Shown one piece after another: positions 8,000 through 17,289 of a DNA stretch of 26,179 bases; the stretch's first letter is position 1; each line of letters begins with the position of its first letter. The stretch is from Thermoproteaceae archaeon (GTDB lineage Archaea; Thermoproteota; Thermoprotei; Thermoproteales; Thermoproteaceae). The notes under the pieces are model-generated. The model saw nothing but the letters and a program-made list of their open reading frames with translations, was not told the DNA's origin and made no database searches. The translations under genes were made by a program, and so were the position numbers. Where the stretch lies: positions 1-26,179 of the forward strand of contig JAJHRB010000016.1 in assembly GCA_020833025.1 (NCBI GenBank), read 5' to 3'.

Positions 8000-8129
8000 G
8001 CACTCCTCGCGCCCGCACTCAATTCCGGCCGCCCGAGTGGCGCGGGGCCGCCTCCGGCAGACCTAACGGCCGGACTCCCGCTGGCGGCCTGAGGCCTCAA
8101 GTAAAAATAGTGCGACGCAGCGGCTATCT

Positions 8130-8357
8130 GTGAGGCTCGCCGTGGGACTGGCGCTGAATCTGCTCGCGTTCGTACTCGCACTGCTAGCTCAGCACCTCCC
8201 GGCGGCGGCCGCGTATATTGCGAGTGTTGCCATTCTAGTAATCTCTGCGAGCCGGAGAGGCAGGCAGGGGAGGCGGGAGGCGCAGGAGCAGCCGGCTGGC
8301 GCCGTGCTGACGCCGGAGGAGATAAAGAGGCGGCCGGTGGTAGCCCCCGAGGTATGA
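8130..8357 (+). CDS. Small membrane protein (2 TM + charged tail)
   Basis: Two hydrophobic stretches followed by a basic/Pro tail; its stop overlaps the next ATG (ATGA); AT-rich promoter-like TAAAAATA upstream. Confidence 0.55.
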   Translation: MRLAVGLALNLLAFVLALLAQHLPAAAAYIASVAILVISASRRGRQGRREAQEQPAGAVLTPEEIKRRPVVAPEV

Positions 8358-9118
8358 AAGGCGTGCTATTCTACTCGGGTCTCAAGGGCGGCACGGGCAA
8401 GACGACGCTCGCGCTGAATTCTGCGGTCGTGCTTGCGTACTTATGGAGGGACGTCTCGCAATATCCCGTCGTCTTCCTCGACCTGACGCCAAGCCTAGGA
8501 ACGGCATCAATTATTTTAATGGGGGATCCCGCGCGCGCCGCGGCTTCCCCCTCTCTCTCGGACTATATTACTGGCAAGCTCGCCGACCCGCTCAGGGCGT
8601 TTTACGTCAGAGTCTGGAACGCTGAAAAGGGCCAGTTCAGGCTGGTCTTCAGCTATTTCTCACAGAACACGCCGTACATGAGGCGACAGCTGGAGTACGT
8701 GCTCAAGCTAGTCAGGGAGAGGCTCAGCCCCCTGGTCGCGCTCATCGACGCGCCGCCGCTCGCCATTGAGGGCATAGTCGGGGGGCTCGTCGACTGCGTC
8801 GTGCCCGTCACAACGCCGGACGCGTCGGCAATAGAGGCGGTCAGGAGCCGCATCGACGCGATTAACGCAAAGCGTCTGAGGCCTGTGCTGAACATGTACA
8901 TGCCAGAGTATCCAGTCAGTGCCATTCACGCAGCACCGTGGGAGAGAGTAATGGAGAGCGCGTTCGGCGAGCCGCCCCACATAGTGCCGTTCGACAGACT
9001 CTTGCACGCGACGAGGCAGGCAGTGGAAGTAGAGGTGCTCAAGCTGAGGCCGTCGGAGTCGCCAGCCGTCAGGGCAATACTGGCATATGCAAAGTACTTA
9101 TCGACAGTCGTGGTCTGA
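8354..9118 (+). CDS. ParA/MinD-family ATPase
   Basis: Deviant Walker A GLKGGTGKTT, Walker A' VVFLDL, Walker B LIDAPP, VVPVTTPDASAI, VLNMY. Confidence 0.85.
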   Translation: MKGVLFYSGLKGGTGKTTLALNSAVVLAYLWRDVSQYPVVFLDLTPSLGTASIILMGDPARAAASPSLSDYITGKLADPLRAFYVRVWNAEKGQFRLVFSYFSQNTPYMRRQLEYVLKLVRERLSPLVALIDAPPLAIEGIVGGLVDCVVPVTTPDASAIEAVRSRIDAINAKRLRPVLNMYMPEYPVSAIHAAPWERVMESAFGEPPHIVPFDRLLHATRQAVEVEVLKLRPSESPAVRAILAYAKYLSTVVV

Positions 9119-9123
9119 CAGCC

Positions 9124-11541
9124 GTGAGCCGGGGCGCGGTAATTGCAGTCCTGGCGCTCGCGCTCCTAGCGCTGGCCGCCGGCGCGCGCCATAATGACCT
9201 CCGCGCGGCTCCTAAGCTCGTGAACCTAGACACGTACACTAATATCACAATAGAGGGCGCCACGAGAGTTATTGGCGTGAGCGGCGCTGTGGTGGACTTT
9301 AACTTCACGTCGCGCGGGGCCGTGCACGTCGGCCTCAAGCCGCTGCCGGGGGCCTCCCGCGTAGTTGTCAGCACAGATGCCGGCAGCGTGGTGCTTCCTG
9401 TTGCTGACGTCTGCAGAATTAAGCTCTCGAACTTCACGCGTGGAATTTACGCGAACTCAACGTGCAGGGAAGTAGTCATTTACGCCAACGGGAGCAGACT
9501 GCAGGGCGCGCCGCAGTACTCCGGTATCTACAGCGTGCTGGCAACGAACGGCACGTTTTACGAGAGAGCCGCAGTTGTGGTAGTGCCGGAGGTCCGCGTG
9601 AGCGGCAATGTGTTCGGCGAGATCATGACGCTGGTGCTGGAGCCCCCGCCGAGAGGCGGCATCGTACTGGTCGGGGGCATTGCAGTGCCCGCGTCACGCG
9701 CCCTGAGAGTGGACACGTGGGGTCTGGGCGCCGGCAATCACACAGTAATGCTGAACTTCAGCGGCGTGGTGATAGCCAGTCAGGTGACGGTGCAGAGGGC
9801 AAGGCCGGAGGTAGTGCTGGCTCACAGACGCGAGTACATATACGGCGATGACGTCGAGATTGCGGTGTCCGTGCGGGTGGGAGGCAGGGAGTACAAATCG
9901 CCCGTGAGCGTTCTTGTAAACGGAACGCCGAGCAGGATCGTCGCGCCGGGCGTCGTTAGGCTGCAGCGCCCGGATGCCGGCGCGTACAGCATAGTCGCAG
10001 AGGTGGCCGGCGACAGGAATATCACCTCGGCGAGCGCGTCGAGCGCAATCCGGGTCGCGCCGGCGCCCGTCATCCTGAGGGTCAGAATAAACGGCAGGGA
10101 GGCGGGTCTCTACGAGGCCAGATACGGCGAGCTACTCGAGATCTCAGTAGAGCTGCTCTCGCCGTCGCGGGCCCGGCCCGCGGGCGTTATCGCGATGTAT
10201 CTCGACGGGAGGCCGCAGGGAAGTATTGTTGACACGCTCGCGGCGGGACCGGGGCCTCATAACCTGACCGTCGCGTTCATCCCGTCGAGCAGGAACTTCG
10301 CCAGCGCCGGGGCCCGCGCCATTATATACGTGGCCCCGTCAACTCCCACTGTCGAGACTGGCGGGCCTGTTGTGATTACGTACGGTCAGGAGCTCGCCGT
10401 TCCCATTCGCGTTACCCTGCACAACAGGCCGGTTAACATCACCGTGCTGGTCAGCATAGTCGGGCTGGACAGACCGCATTCCGTCAATAAAACCATCAGC
10501 ATCGTGAACGGAGAGGGGGTCTTGAGAGTGGCGGGCCTGCCGGCCGGCGTCTACCTCGCCACGGTGACCGTCCCCGAGGCCGCGGGAATTGTGAGCGTCA
10601 GAGAGAGCTTTAGGGTCGTCGTGAGAAAGGCCCCCGTTTCTGTGATTGTGCAGGCGCCCGGCAGGAGTGTTTACGGGAGCCGCGTGCCCATTCTCGCTGC
10701 GGTGAGGCCGCGCGGAATTAACGGCACGCTTACTGTAACGGTGAACGGCACCGCTCTCTTCTCCGGCAGCGCCTCGCTCTACCGCGGCGAGTGGGAGCCG
10801 CCGCGCGGCGGCGCGTACACGGTTGCGGCCAGGTTCGAGAGCCTCGACCCGAACTACTCCAGCGCGGAGAACACCACGCAAGTGCTCGTCGAGCGCGCTC
10901 CGTGCGCCGTGCGTTTCGCAATTCGCGGCGACGTCGCTCCAGGCGACGCGGTGTACGTGCTGAGGAGGTACGCCGTCGAGCCGCTCGTCGACCTGCCCGT
11001 CCGCGTGGTAATTAACGGCAGCGCGGTCCCGCGCGAGTTCGTCCTGAACTCGACTGGGGTGTACAACGTGACAGTGTACTTTCCCGGCGACGAGCGGTAC
11101 TACCCGTGCTGGGACTCCAAGCTGGTAACGGCCCTCAGGAACCCGGCAGTCGTGCGGATCTCGGCGCAGAGGAGAATAGTACTCATCGAGTCGGGGCCCG
11201 TCACGACCGTTGAGATAGAGAGCCCCGTGGGGCACGAGAGCGGCGAGGTGGTAATCCGCAAGATAAACAGGACGTTTAACTGCTCGGAAGCCGACACCGT
11301 CAGAGTGCTTAAGTCACGAAGCGTGATACTCAACTTTTCCTGCACCGGAGTCTACAATATAGTGGCAGAGTTCAAGGGTAACGAGTACCTGGTGCCCAAC
11401 GTCTCAAACGCGGTGACAGTAATGGTCGAGGGCAGCTACTTCGGCGTGCCTGCGTTCCTGCTGTACGTGTACCTGTCGTCGCTAGCCATTGGCTTCGCCG
11501 CGGCATTTGTGGTGAGGAGAATATTAAAGAGGGCCGTCTAG
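9124..11541 (+). CDS. Large secreted, C-terminally anchored surface protein with ~7 Ig-like repeats
   Basis: Signal peptide from GTG 9124 (SRGAVIAVLALALLALAAGA); recurring G-x-Y-x-V-x-A-x-F-x-G-D-like segments ~95 aa apart; >20 N-x-S/T sequons; C-terminal TM + RRILKR. Confidence 0.85.
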   Translation: MSRGAVIAVLALALLALAAGARHNDLRAAPKLVNLDTYTNITIEGATRVIGVSGAVVDFNFTSRGAVHVGLKPLPGASRVVVSTDAGSVVLPVADVCRIKLSNFTRGIYANSTCREVVIYANGSRLQGAPQYSGIYSVLATNGTFYERAAVVVVPEVRVSGNVFGEIMTLVLEPPPRGGIVLVGGIAVPASRALRVDTWGLGAGNHTVMLNFSGVVIASQVTVQRARPEVVLAHRREYIYGDDVEIAVSVRVGGREYKSPVSVLVNGTPSRIVAPGVVRLQRPDAGAYSIVAEVAGDRNITSASASSAIRVAPAPVILRVRINGREAGLYEARYGELLEISVELLSPSRARPAGVIAMYLDGRPQGSIVDTLAAGPGPHNLTVAFIPSSRNFASAGARAIIYVAPSTPTVETGGPVVITYGQELAVPIRVTLHNRPVNITVLVSIVGLDRPHSVNKTISIVNGEGVLRVAGLPAGVYLATVTVPEAAGIVSVRESFRVVVRKAPVSVIVQAPGRSVYGSRVPILAAVRPRGINGTLTVTVNGTALFSGSASLYRGEWEPPRGGAYTVAARFESLDPNYSSAENTTQVLVERAPCAVRFAIRGDVAPGDAVYVLRRYAVEPLVDLPVRVVINGSAVPREFVLNSTGVYNVTVYFPGDERYYPCWDSKLVTALRNPAVVRISAQRRIVLIESGPVTTVEIESPVGHESGEVVIRKINRTFNCSEADTVRVLKSRSVILNFSCTGVYNIVAEFKGNEYLVPNVSNAVTVMVEGSYFGVPAFLLYVYLSSLAIGFAAAFVVRRILKRAV

Positions 11542-11545
11542 CCGC

Positions 11546-11941
11546 ATGATGATAGTCGCGCCGCCGACATTTGTTATTTCAGTTGCCTCCAAGAGCCAGG
11601 TCTACCAAATGCTCAATTACGTGGTCAGCAGACTCAAGCAAACTGGCGTGCAGATAAAGCACGTGCACTCAGACGCACCCGTCTACATAGAGTGCCGTAA
11701 CATGAGGGACGGGCTGGTCGAGAGGGTTGACGTCTATCTGGCGACTGCCGGTGGCGACTTCGCCAACGTGCTCCCCGTGAGGGAGGAGATAAAAAACGGC
11801 TTCGTGGAGAGAGTTAGCTACGTGCACTTAGTTCAGGGGACTGCAATCCTGTACAGGTACCAGCTCGGCGAGAGGCCGGCGCTGGTCGAGGTTATCGTGT
11901 ACACGGTGGGGAGCCAGTACGCCGACTTCAGAACAGGTTAA
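11546..11941 (+). CDS. Hypothetical protein (131 aa)
   Basis: Protein-like composition, starts 4 nt after the surface-protein stop; no motif recognised. Confidence 0.7.
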   Translation: MMIVAPPTFVISVASKSQVYQMLNYVVSRLKQTGVQIKHVHSDAPVYIECRNMRDGLVERVDVYLATAGGDFANVLPVREEIKNGFVERVSYVHLVQGTAILYRYQLGERPALVEVIVYTVGSQYADFRTG

Positions 11942-11974
11942 AATATTTTAAATTAAGGCCCTGCGGCAGCACTC

Positions 11975-12301
11975 ATGTCTCTTATCACGCTGGACGAGTT
12001 CAAGCGCGTAGAGCTGCGCGTCGGGAAGGTCGTCGAGGCGAGCAGAGTCGAGGGCTCGAGGAAGCTGCTGCGGCTAGTTGTCGACCTTGGCGCCGAGAGG
12101 AGGCAGGTAATTGCAGGGCTCGCCGAGCACTACAAGCCCGAGGAGCTGGTGGGGAAGCTCGTTGTCGTCGTAGCAAATCTGCAGCCGAAGAGAATTATGG
12201 GAATTGAAAGCCAGGGCATGATCTTGGCCACGTGCGACAAACCCGCGCTGCTGACTGTTGACAGAGGCAGCGACGAGCATGTTGGCGAGAGAGTTTGTTA
12301 A
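11975..12301 (+). CDS. tRNA-binding OB-fold protein (MetRS C-terminal domain / Trbp111-CsaA-like)
   Basis: ITLDEFKRVELRVGKV, KLLRLVVDLG, RQVIAGL, VVVVANLQPKRIMGIESQGMILA. Confidence 0.92.
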   Translation: MSLITLDEFKRVELRVGKVVEASRVEGSRKLLRLVVDLGAERRQVIAGLAEHYKPEELVGKLVVVVANLQPKRIMGIESQGMILATCDKPALLTVDRGSDEHVGERVC

Positions 12302-12995
12302 TCTGCCGCGCCACATTGCGGTAATACCAGACGGGAACAGGAGATATGCCAGAAAGGCGGGGCTCGACCTCCACGCGGCTTACAAGCTCGGCGTCGAGAA
12401 AATAAGGAGCTTCCTGCGCTGGGTGCTGGAGTTCAGAGGCATAAAATGCGTCACAGTTTTTGCCCTGTCCACGGAGAACTTGAACAGGAGCCGGCTTGAA
12501 TTGGAAATACTCTTCAGAGTGTTCCGGAAAGAGATTGAGAGAGCAGTAGAGGACCCGCTAATTCACGAGAGTAGGGTCAGGGTGAGGTTCATAGGCAACA
12601 GGTCGCTGCTTCCCGAGAGTCTCGCGAGCGCCATGAGGGCGCTCGAGAGCGCAACCGGCGGCTACTCTGACTACTACCTCACGGTGGCAATGGGATACGG
12701 CGGCAGGGACGAGATAGTGCGCTGCGTGAGGAGAATACTGGCGGGGGAGGTCAAGCTGCGCGAGCTCACGGAGGACGCGTTCTTCGCGTGTCTCGACACG
12801 AGAGAGATACCCCATCCAGAGCCCGACATCATTATCAGGACCGGCGGCGAGAGGAGGCTGAGCAATTTCCTGCTCTATCAATCTGCCTACTCTGAGCTAG
12901 TATTCTTGGACAAGCTGTGGCCTGAGGTCGAGCGCGAGGACTTGATCTATGTAATTCGCGAGTACTCTAGGCGTCAGAGGAGGTTCGGCAGATAG
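12279..12995 (+). CDS. uppS: Polyprenyl (undecaprenyl-type) diphosphate synthase, cis-prenyltransferase
   Basis: HIAVIPDGNRRYA, FALSTENLNRS, YGGRDEI, PDIIIRTGGERRLSNFLLYQSAYSEL, RRFGR; ATG 12279 chosen. Confidence 0.95.
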   Translation: MLAREFVNLPRHIAVIPDGNRRYARKAGLDLHAAYKLGVEKIRSFLRWVLEFRGIKCVTVFALSTENLNRSRLELEILFRVFRKEIERAVEDPLIHESRVRVRFIGNRSLLPESLASAMRALESATGGYSDYYLTVAMGYGGRDEIVRCVRRILAGEVKLRELTEDAFFACLDTREIPHPEPDIIIRTGGERRLSNFLLYQSAYSELVFLDKLWPEVEREDLIYVIREYSRRQRRFGR

Positions 12996-13000
12996 CCGCA

Positions 13001-13660
13001 GTGCCGTGGAATTCTCTTGCTCTCACTCTCCTCACTCTATTTGTGATCGCGCTGGCGGCGCACGTCGTGCCGTTCTCCTACACCCCGACAATTGCCGCGG
13101 TCACGCCGTACGTCGCGCTTTACAGAGACCCTGCATTCGCCCTCGCGGCGTCTTTCGCGCTGGCGCTCGGCTCTACTGCTGGAAAGCTTGTAGTATTCTT
13201 CTGCGGGCACGCCGCCGGGAAGTTCCTACTGCGCGGGATGCAGGAAGAGGCCAAGGCTCTTTTCAACGCCGTTGCCCGTAGCCGGGGTATTGGCATCGCG
13301 ATTTTCATATTTGCCGCGACGCCGCTACCGGACGACGTTCTCTACATCCCCCTCGCGGTGGCCGGCTACGACGTGAGGAGATTCGCGCTCGCAGTTTTCG
13401 CGGGCAAGCTCACGCTCTACCTCGCCTGCACGCTCTTCATCGGGGGCGCCTACTTTACGCTTGAGCTCGGTGCTGGCAGTGCCGCGGCGCTTGCCGCTAC
13501 GCTCACACTGACAGTGACACTTAGCGTTCTTGTCGCCAGGATTAGCTGGCCCGCCGTGCTCGCAGCTTACAGAGAGGGCGGCTGGCACGCCGTGCTCAGA
13601 ATGGCGCTGCGCTCGGCAGTGCGGCGCTCTGCACGCCCGGAGGCCGGGCGCTCTTGGTAG
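13001..13660 (+). CDS. DedA/VTT (SNARE-associated) family membrane protein
   Basis: Multiple TM segments; [15 protein letters not shown] and [25 protein letters not shown] (F-x-x-TPLPDD) motifs. Confidence 0.75.
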   Translation: MPWNSLALTLLTLFVIALAAHVVPFSYTPTIAAVTPYVALYRDPAFALAASFALALGSTAGKLVVFFCGHAAGKFLLRGMQEEAKALFNAVARSRGIGIAIFIFAATPLPDDVLYIPLAVAGYDVRRFALAVFAGKLTLYLACTLFIGGAYFTLELGAGSAAALAATLTLTVTLSVLVARISWPAVLAAYREGGWHAVLRMALRSAVRRSARPEAGRSW

Positions 13661-13668
13661 TTCCCAAG

Positions 13669-13675
13669 TTATAAA
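13669..13675 (+). promoter_or_regulatory. TATA box for metG
   Basis: TTATAAA ~20 nt before GTG 13695. Confidence 0.55.
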
Positions 13676-13694
13676 GCTCCCGCCACCTCCCGAC

Positions 13695-15404
13695 GTGGCA
13701 AAGTATATCGTTGGATCTGCGTGGCCTTACGTCCAGACAGTGCCCCACCTCGGCAATATGATAGGCTCTGTACTGTCTGCGGACGTCTACGCGCGATACC
13801 TCAGACTGCGCGGCCACGAAGTGATCTTTGTGTCGGGCAGCGACATGCACGGAACTCCCCTAGAGGTCGAGGCGATGAAATTGGGAGTAGACCCCGCGAC
13901 CTACGCCGCTAAGATGCATGAAATAGTAGCCGAGCTCTTCAGGAGGTGGAACATATCGTTTGACATATACACTCACACTCACTCGGAAACGCACATAAAA
14001 TTTGTACAAGAATTCTTCATGAAAGTGTACAACAATGGATACATATTTACAAGGGAAGATGAGGTGCCCTACTGCCCCAGAGACAATATATACTTGCCGG
14101 ACAGATTTATCGAAGGCAAGTGCCCGTACTGCGGCTACCAGAGGGCCAGGGGAGACCAGTGCGAGAGCTGCGGCATGCTGCTCGACCCTAAGCAGCTCGT
14201 CGACACGAGATGCGCCATCTGCGGGTCGAGGCCGGAGTGGAGAGTCACGAAGCACTGGTACCTCGACTTGAAGAGGCTCGAGGACGGCGTGCGCGCGTAC
14301 GTCGAGAGGAACCCGTACCTCCAGCCAAACGCGAGGGAGATGTCGCTGGCAATGCTAAAGGAGGGGCTCAAGCCTCGCGCGGTAACGAGAGATAACAAGT
14401 GGGGCATACCTGCTCCCTTTCCCGGCGCCGGGGGGAAGACCATCTACGTGTGGTTCGAGGCCGTGCTGGGCTACATATCGGCGGTGATCGAGTACTTCAA
14501 GAGTCGCGGGCAGGAGGGGTGGAGGCGGTTCTGGAAGGATCCAGAGACGAGAATTATTTTCTTCGTGGGCAAGGACAACGTGCCGTTTCACGTCATTATC
14601 CTCCCGGCACTTTTGATGGCAAGCGGGGAGGGCTACACACTCCCGGCGACAACCGCATCGACAGAGTACCTGCTGTACGAGGGCGATAAGTTCTCCAAGA
14701 GCAGGAGGTGGGGCGTGTGGATAGACGAGGCGCTGCAGATAATGCCAGCGGACTACTGGAGGTTCATACTAGTTTACATACGCCCAGAGAATAGAGATGC
14801 CAACTTCACGTGGTCAACAGCGCTGGAGATAGTAAACAAGGTGATGAACGACGATGTCGGCAATTATGTCAACAGAGTCCTCTCATTTATCAAGAGCAAG
14901 ATGGGCGGCACGGTCCCGCCGCCCGGCAAGCCCTCCGAGGAGGATGGAAAATTCATAAACAAAGTGACGGAGCTCTTCAGGAAGGCGGAGAGGCATTACG
15001 ACGCAATAGAGCTGAAAGAGGCGCTGCACGCAGTGGTGGAAATAGCCAGGGAGGGCAACAGGTACCTCAACGCGAGAGCGCCGTGGGAGCTAGTGAGAGG
15101 AGACAGGGAGGCCGCCTGCGCCGTGATGTACAATGCCTACTGGTCTCTCAAAATGCTGGCAGCCGGACTCGCGCCGGTCGTGCCGGAGAGCGCGCAGAGA
15201 CTGTGGAGGATGATGGGCGGGACGGCAGGCCTGAGCTGGGAAGATGCGTACAGGCCGCCCGAGCCGGGCACGCCGCTGGGAGAGGTGAGGCCCCTCTTCA
15301 GAAAGGTGTCCGAGGCAGAAATCAGGGCACTGCTTCAGAGATTGGAGGAGTTGAGAGGCCAGAGGGCTGCGAAAAGCCACCCCTGGGAGCAGGTCATCCT
15401 TTAA
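13695..15404 (+). CDS. metG: Methionine--tRNA ligase (lacks the C-terminal tRNA-binding domain)
   Basis: SAWPY...PHLGN (HIGH), SGSDMHGTP, Zn-knuckle [25 protein letters not shown] (KMSKS); start set at GTG 13695. Confidence 0.97.
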   Translation: MAKYIVGSAWPYVQTVPHLGNMIGSVLSADVYARYLRLRGHEVIFVSGSDMHGTPLEVEAMKLGVDPATYAAKMHEIVAELFRRWNISFDIYTHTHSETHIKFVQEFFMKVYNNGYIFTREDEVPYCPRDNIYLPDRFIEGKCPYCGYQRARGDQCESCGMLLDPKQLVDTRCAICGSRPEWRVTKHWYLDLKRLEDGVRAYVERNPYLQPNAREMSLAMLKEGLKPRAVTRDNKWGIPAPFPGAGGKTIYVWFEAVLGYISAVIEYFKSRGQEGWRRFWKDPETRIIFFVGKDNVPFHVIILPALLMASGEGYTLPATTASTEYLLYEGDKFSKSRRWGVWIDEALQIMPADYWRFILVYIRPENRDANFTWSTALEIVNKVMNDDVGNYVNRVLSFIKSKMGGTVPPPGKPSEEDGKFINKVTELFRKAERHYDAIELKEALHAVVEIAREGNRYLNARAPWELVRGDREAACAVMYNAYWSLKMLAAGLAPVVPESAQRLWRMMGGTAGLSWEDAYRPPEPGTPLGEVRPLFRKVSEAEIRALLQRLEELRGQRAAKSHPWEQVIL

Positions 15405-15416
15405 GTCCCGGCCGCC

Positions 15417-16442
15417 CTAACAGATCCGCGGCACGAGATCGCCACGCGGGGGCTCCAAGATCCTGAAGCCGCCGGCCTGCGTCTTCAGGAGGACATAGCC
15501 GCTGTACCTCCGCGACTCTCTGAACTCGCCTATCACTTTCGCGTTCAGGAAGCCGAGCGAGCGCACGAAATTCAGAACCTCGCCGGCGACGGAGGGGTCT
15601 ACCGCGAGCACGGCAACGCCCTCGCTCGCTAGATAGAGCGGGTCTATCCCGAGCATGTGCGAGTATGACGCGACCTCGGGCCTAATCGGTATCGCCTCCT
15701 CGTCGACCACCACGACCCCGCCGCCCGCCCTTGCCCAGTCGTTCAGCACCATTGCGAGGCCGCCTCTCGTCGGGTCGCGCGCTGCGTGAATGTAGCTCCC
15801 GTACTTCTCAAGCAGCGGGACCATAAGCCTCACGAGCGGCTTGACGTCGCTCTTGAGACCTCTCGGGCTCTCGCCGTGCTGCAGCATCATTATCACGGCG
15901 CCGTGATCGCCGACGTAATCCGAGACCAGGATCTTATCGCCCGGCCTCGGCCTGTCTACTATCAGCCTCTCCGCCACGCCTACTCCCACGGTAGTTATTA
16001 TAACCTTGTCCAGCTGCCCCCGCGGCATGACCTTGAAGTCGCCGCCGATGAGGGCAATTCCCTCGGACCTTAGCACCGAGAGGAACGAGCTCACTATTCT
16101 CTCCAGGTCCTCCACTGGGAATCCCTCCTCGACGACTATCGCGTCCATCATGGCGACGGGCCTCCCGCCCAGCATGAGCACGTCGTTTATGGAGCCGCAT
16201 GCGGCGAGAAGGCCGATGTCGCCGCCTGGGAAGAACGGGGGGCTGACAGTGTACGAGTCAACTGTGATCACTAGGTAGCGCCCGTCTCCCATCGGCACCG
16301 CGGCGGCGTCATCGGGGAAGTCGAGGCCGAGACCTCCCGGCACTTTCTTGAAGACGTCTGGCAGCCTGGCGATGAAGAGCCTCTCGATTATCTCGGCAGT
16401 CTCCACGCCTCCAGAGCCGTGCGAGAGCCTCACGACCGCCAC
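15417..16442 (-). CDS. hypE: Hydrogenase maturation protein HypE
   Basis: LSHGSGG, DSYTVSPPFFPGGDIG, GGDFKV, ARDPTRGG, LASEG and C-terminal PRIC. Confidence 0.95.
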   Translation of the reverse strand: MAVVRLSHGSGGVETAEIIERLFIARLPDVFKKVPGGLGLDFPDDAAAVPMGDGRYLVITVDSYTVSPPFFPGGDIGLLAACGSINDVLMLGGRPVAMMDAIVVEEGFPVEDLERIVSSFLSVLRSEGIALIGGDFKVMPRGQLDKVIITTVGVGVAERLIVDRPRPGDKILVSDYVGDHGAVIMMLQHGESPRGLKSDVKPLVRLMVPLLEKYGSYIHAARDPTRGGLAMVLNDWARAGGGVVVVDEEAIPIRPEVASYSHMLGIDPLYLASEGVAVLAVDPSVAGEVLNFVRSLGFLNAKVIGEFRESRRYSGYVLLKTQAGGFRILEPPRGDLVPRIC

Positions 16443-16547
16443 TCCCGTCGACTGCTGTGGGCTTTTTGAAGTAGCCCGTCGGAGCGTCCCGCCGCCCCGC
16501 AGCCGAGAGGCCTTCCCGGGGGCCTCGAAGGGGCAAGATCTGGGCGC

Positions 16548-17289
16548 TCAGATGAACGAGCGGTAGAGATTCCCGTAGCGCCCCGGCTTTCCGCGAATTG
16601 CTATTTGATGCCCGCACTTGGGGCACTTGTTGCTCTCACGCAAGTCAATTTTGATAACCCTGTCCCCCGCTCTCTTAATCACGGCGTGTCCGCAATTGGG
16701 ACAGTAAGTGTGCTGGCCGGGGTGCCCCGGTATGTTGCCGACATAAACGTAATCCAGCTCTTTCCTGGCTCTGCGCCAGATCTCCTCGACGAGCTCCGGC
16801 GGCGTGGGCGGGTTGGTCAGTTTATGCGCTGGGAAGTACGCAGCTATGTGCAGCGGCACACTGCGCCCGAACGACGCCACTGTGTCGATTACTTCGTCTG
16901 CCTCGTCGTCGTTAACGCCTGGGATCACGAGGTACGTGAACTCCAGGTGAACGCCGAGCGACATTGCAGCCCTCGCCGTGGAGATCAGGCGCTCAAGAAA
17001 GGCGCCGAGCCACTGCCTGTAAGTGCGCCTCCCACCCTTTATGTCCACGTTCATCGCCTCCATGCCCGCCCTCGCGAGTCTGGCCGCAGCCTCCTCAGTC
17101 AGATAACCGTTGGTATTTATGGAGGCGTGAAGGCCCGCCTCTCTCGCCAGTCTGAACAAGTCCTCGGCGTACTCTGCCAGCAGCGTGGGCTCGTTGAAAC
17201 TAATATTGATTCCAGCGTCGCCATTTTCGAGGGCCCACCTGACGAGCTGCTCAGGCTCGACGTAGCGCCCCAGAAGCGACGCCGTCTTG
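16548..17289 (-). pseudogene. Radical SAM enzyme (AmmeMemoRadiSam / PFL-activating-like), 3' part, interrupted gene
   Basis: Frame open from ...KTASLLGRYVEPEQLV; SFNEPT, INTNGY, NVDIKG, LVIPGVND, FPAHK, YVYVGN, TYCPNCG. No N-terminal cluster motif in this half. Confidence 0.9.

Noticed and set aside
10339-11235. 298-aa minus-strand ORF
   Set aside because: Antisense shadow of the Ig-repeat gene.
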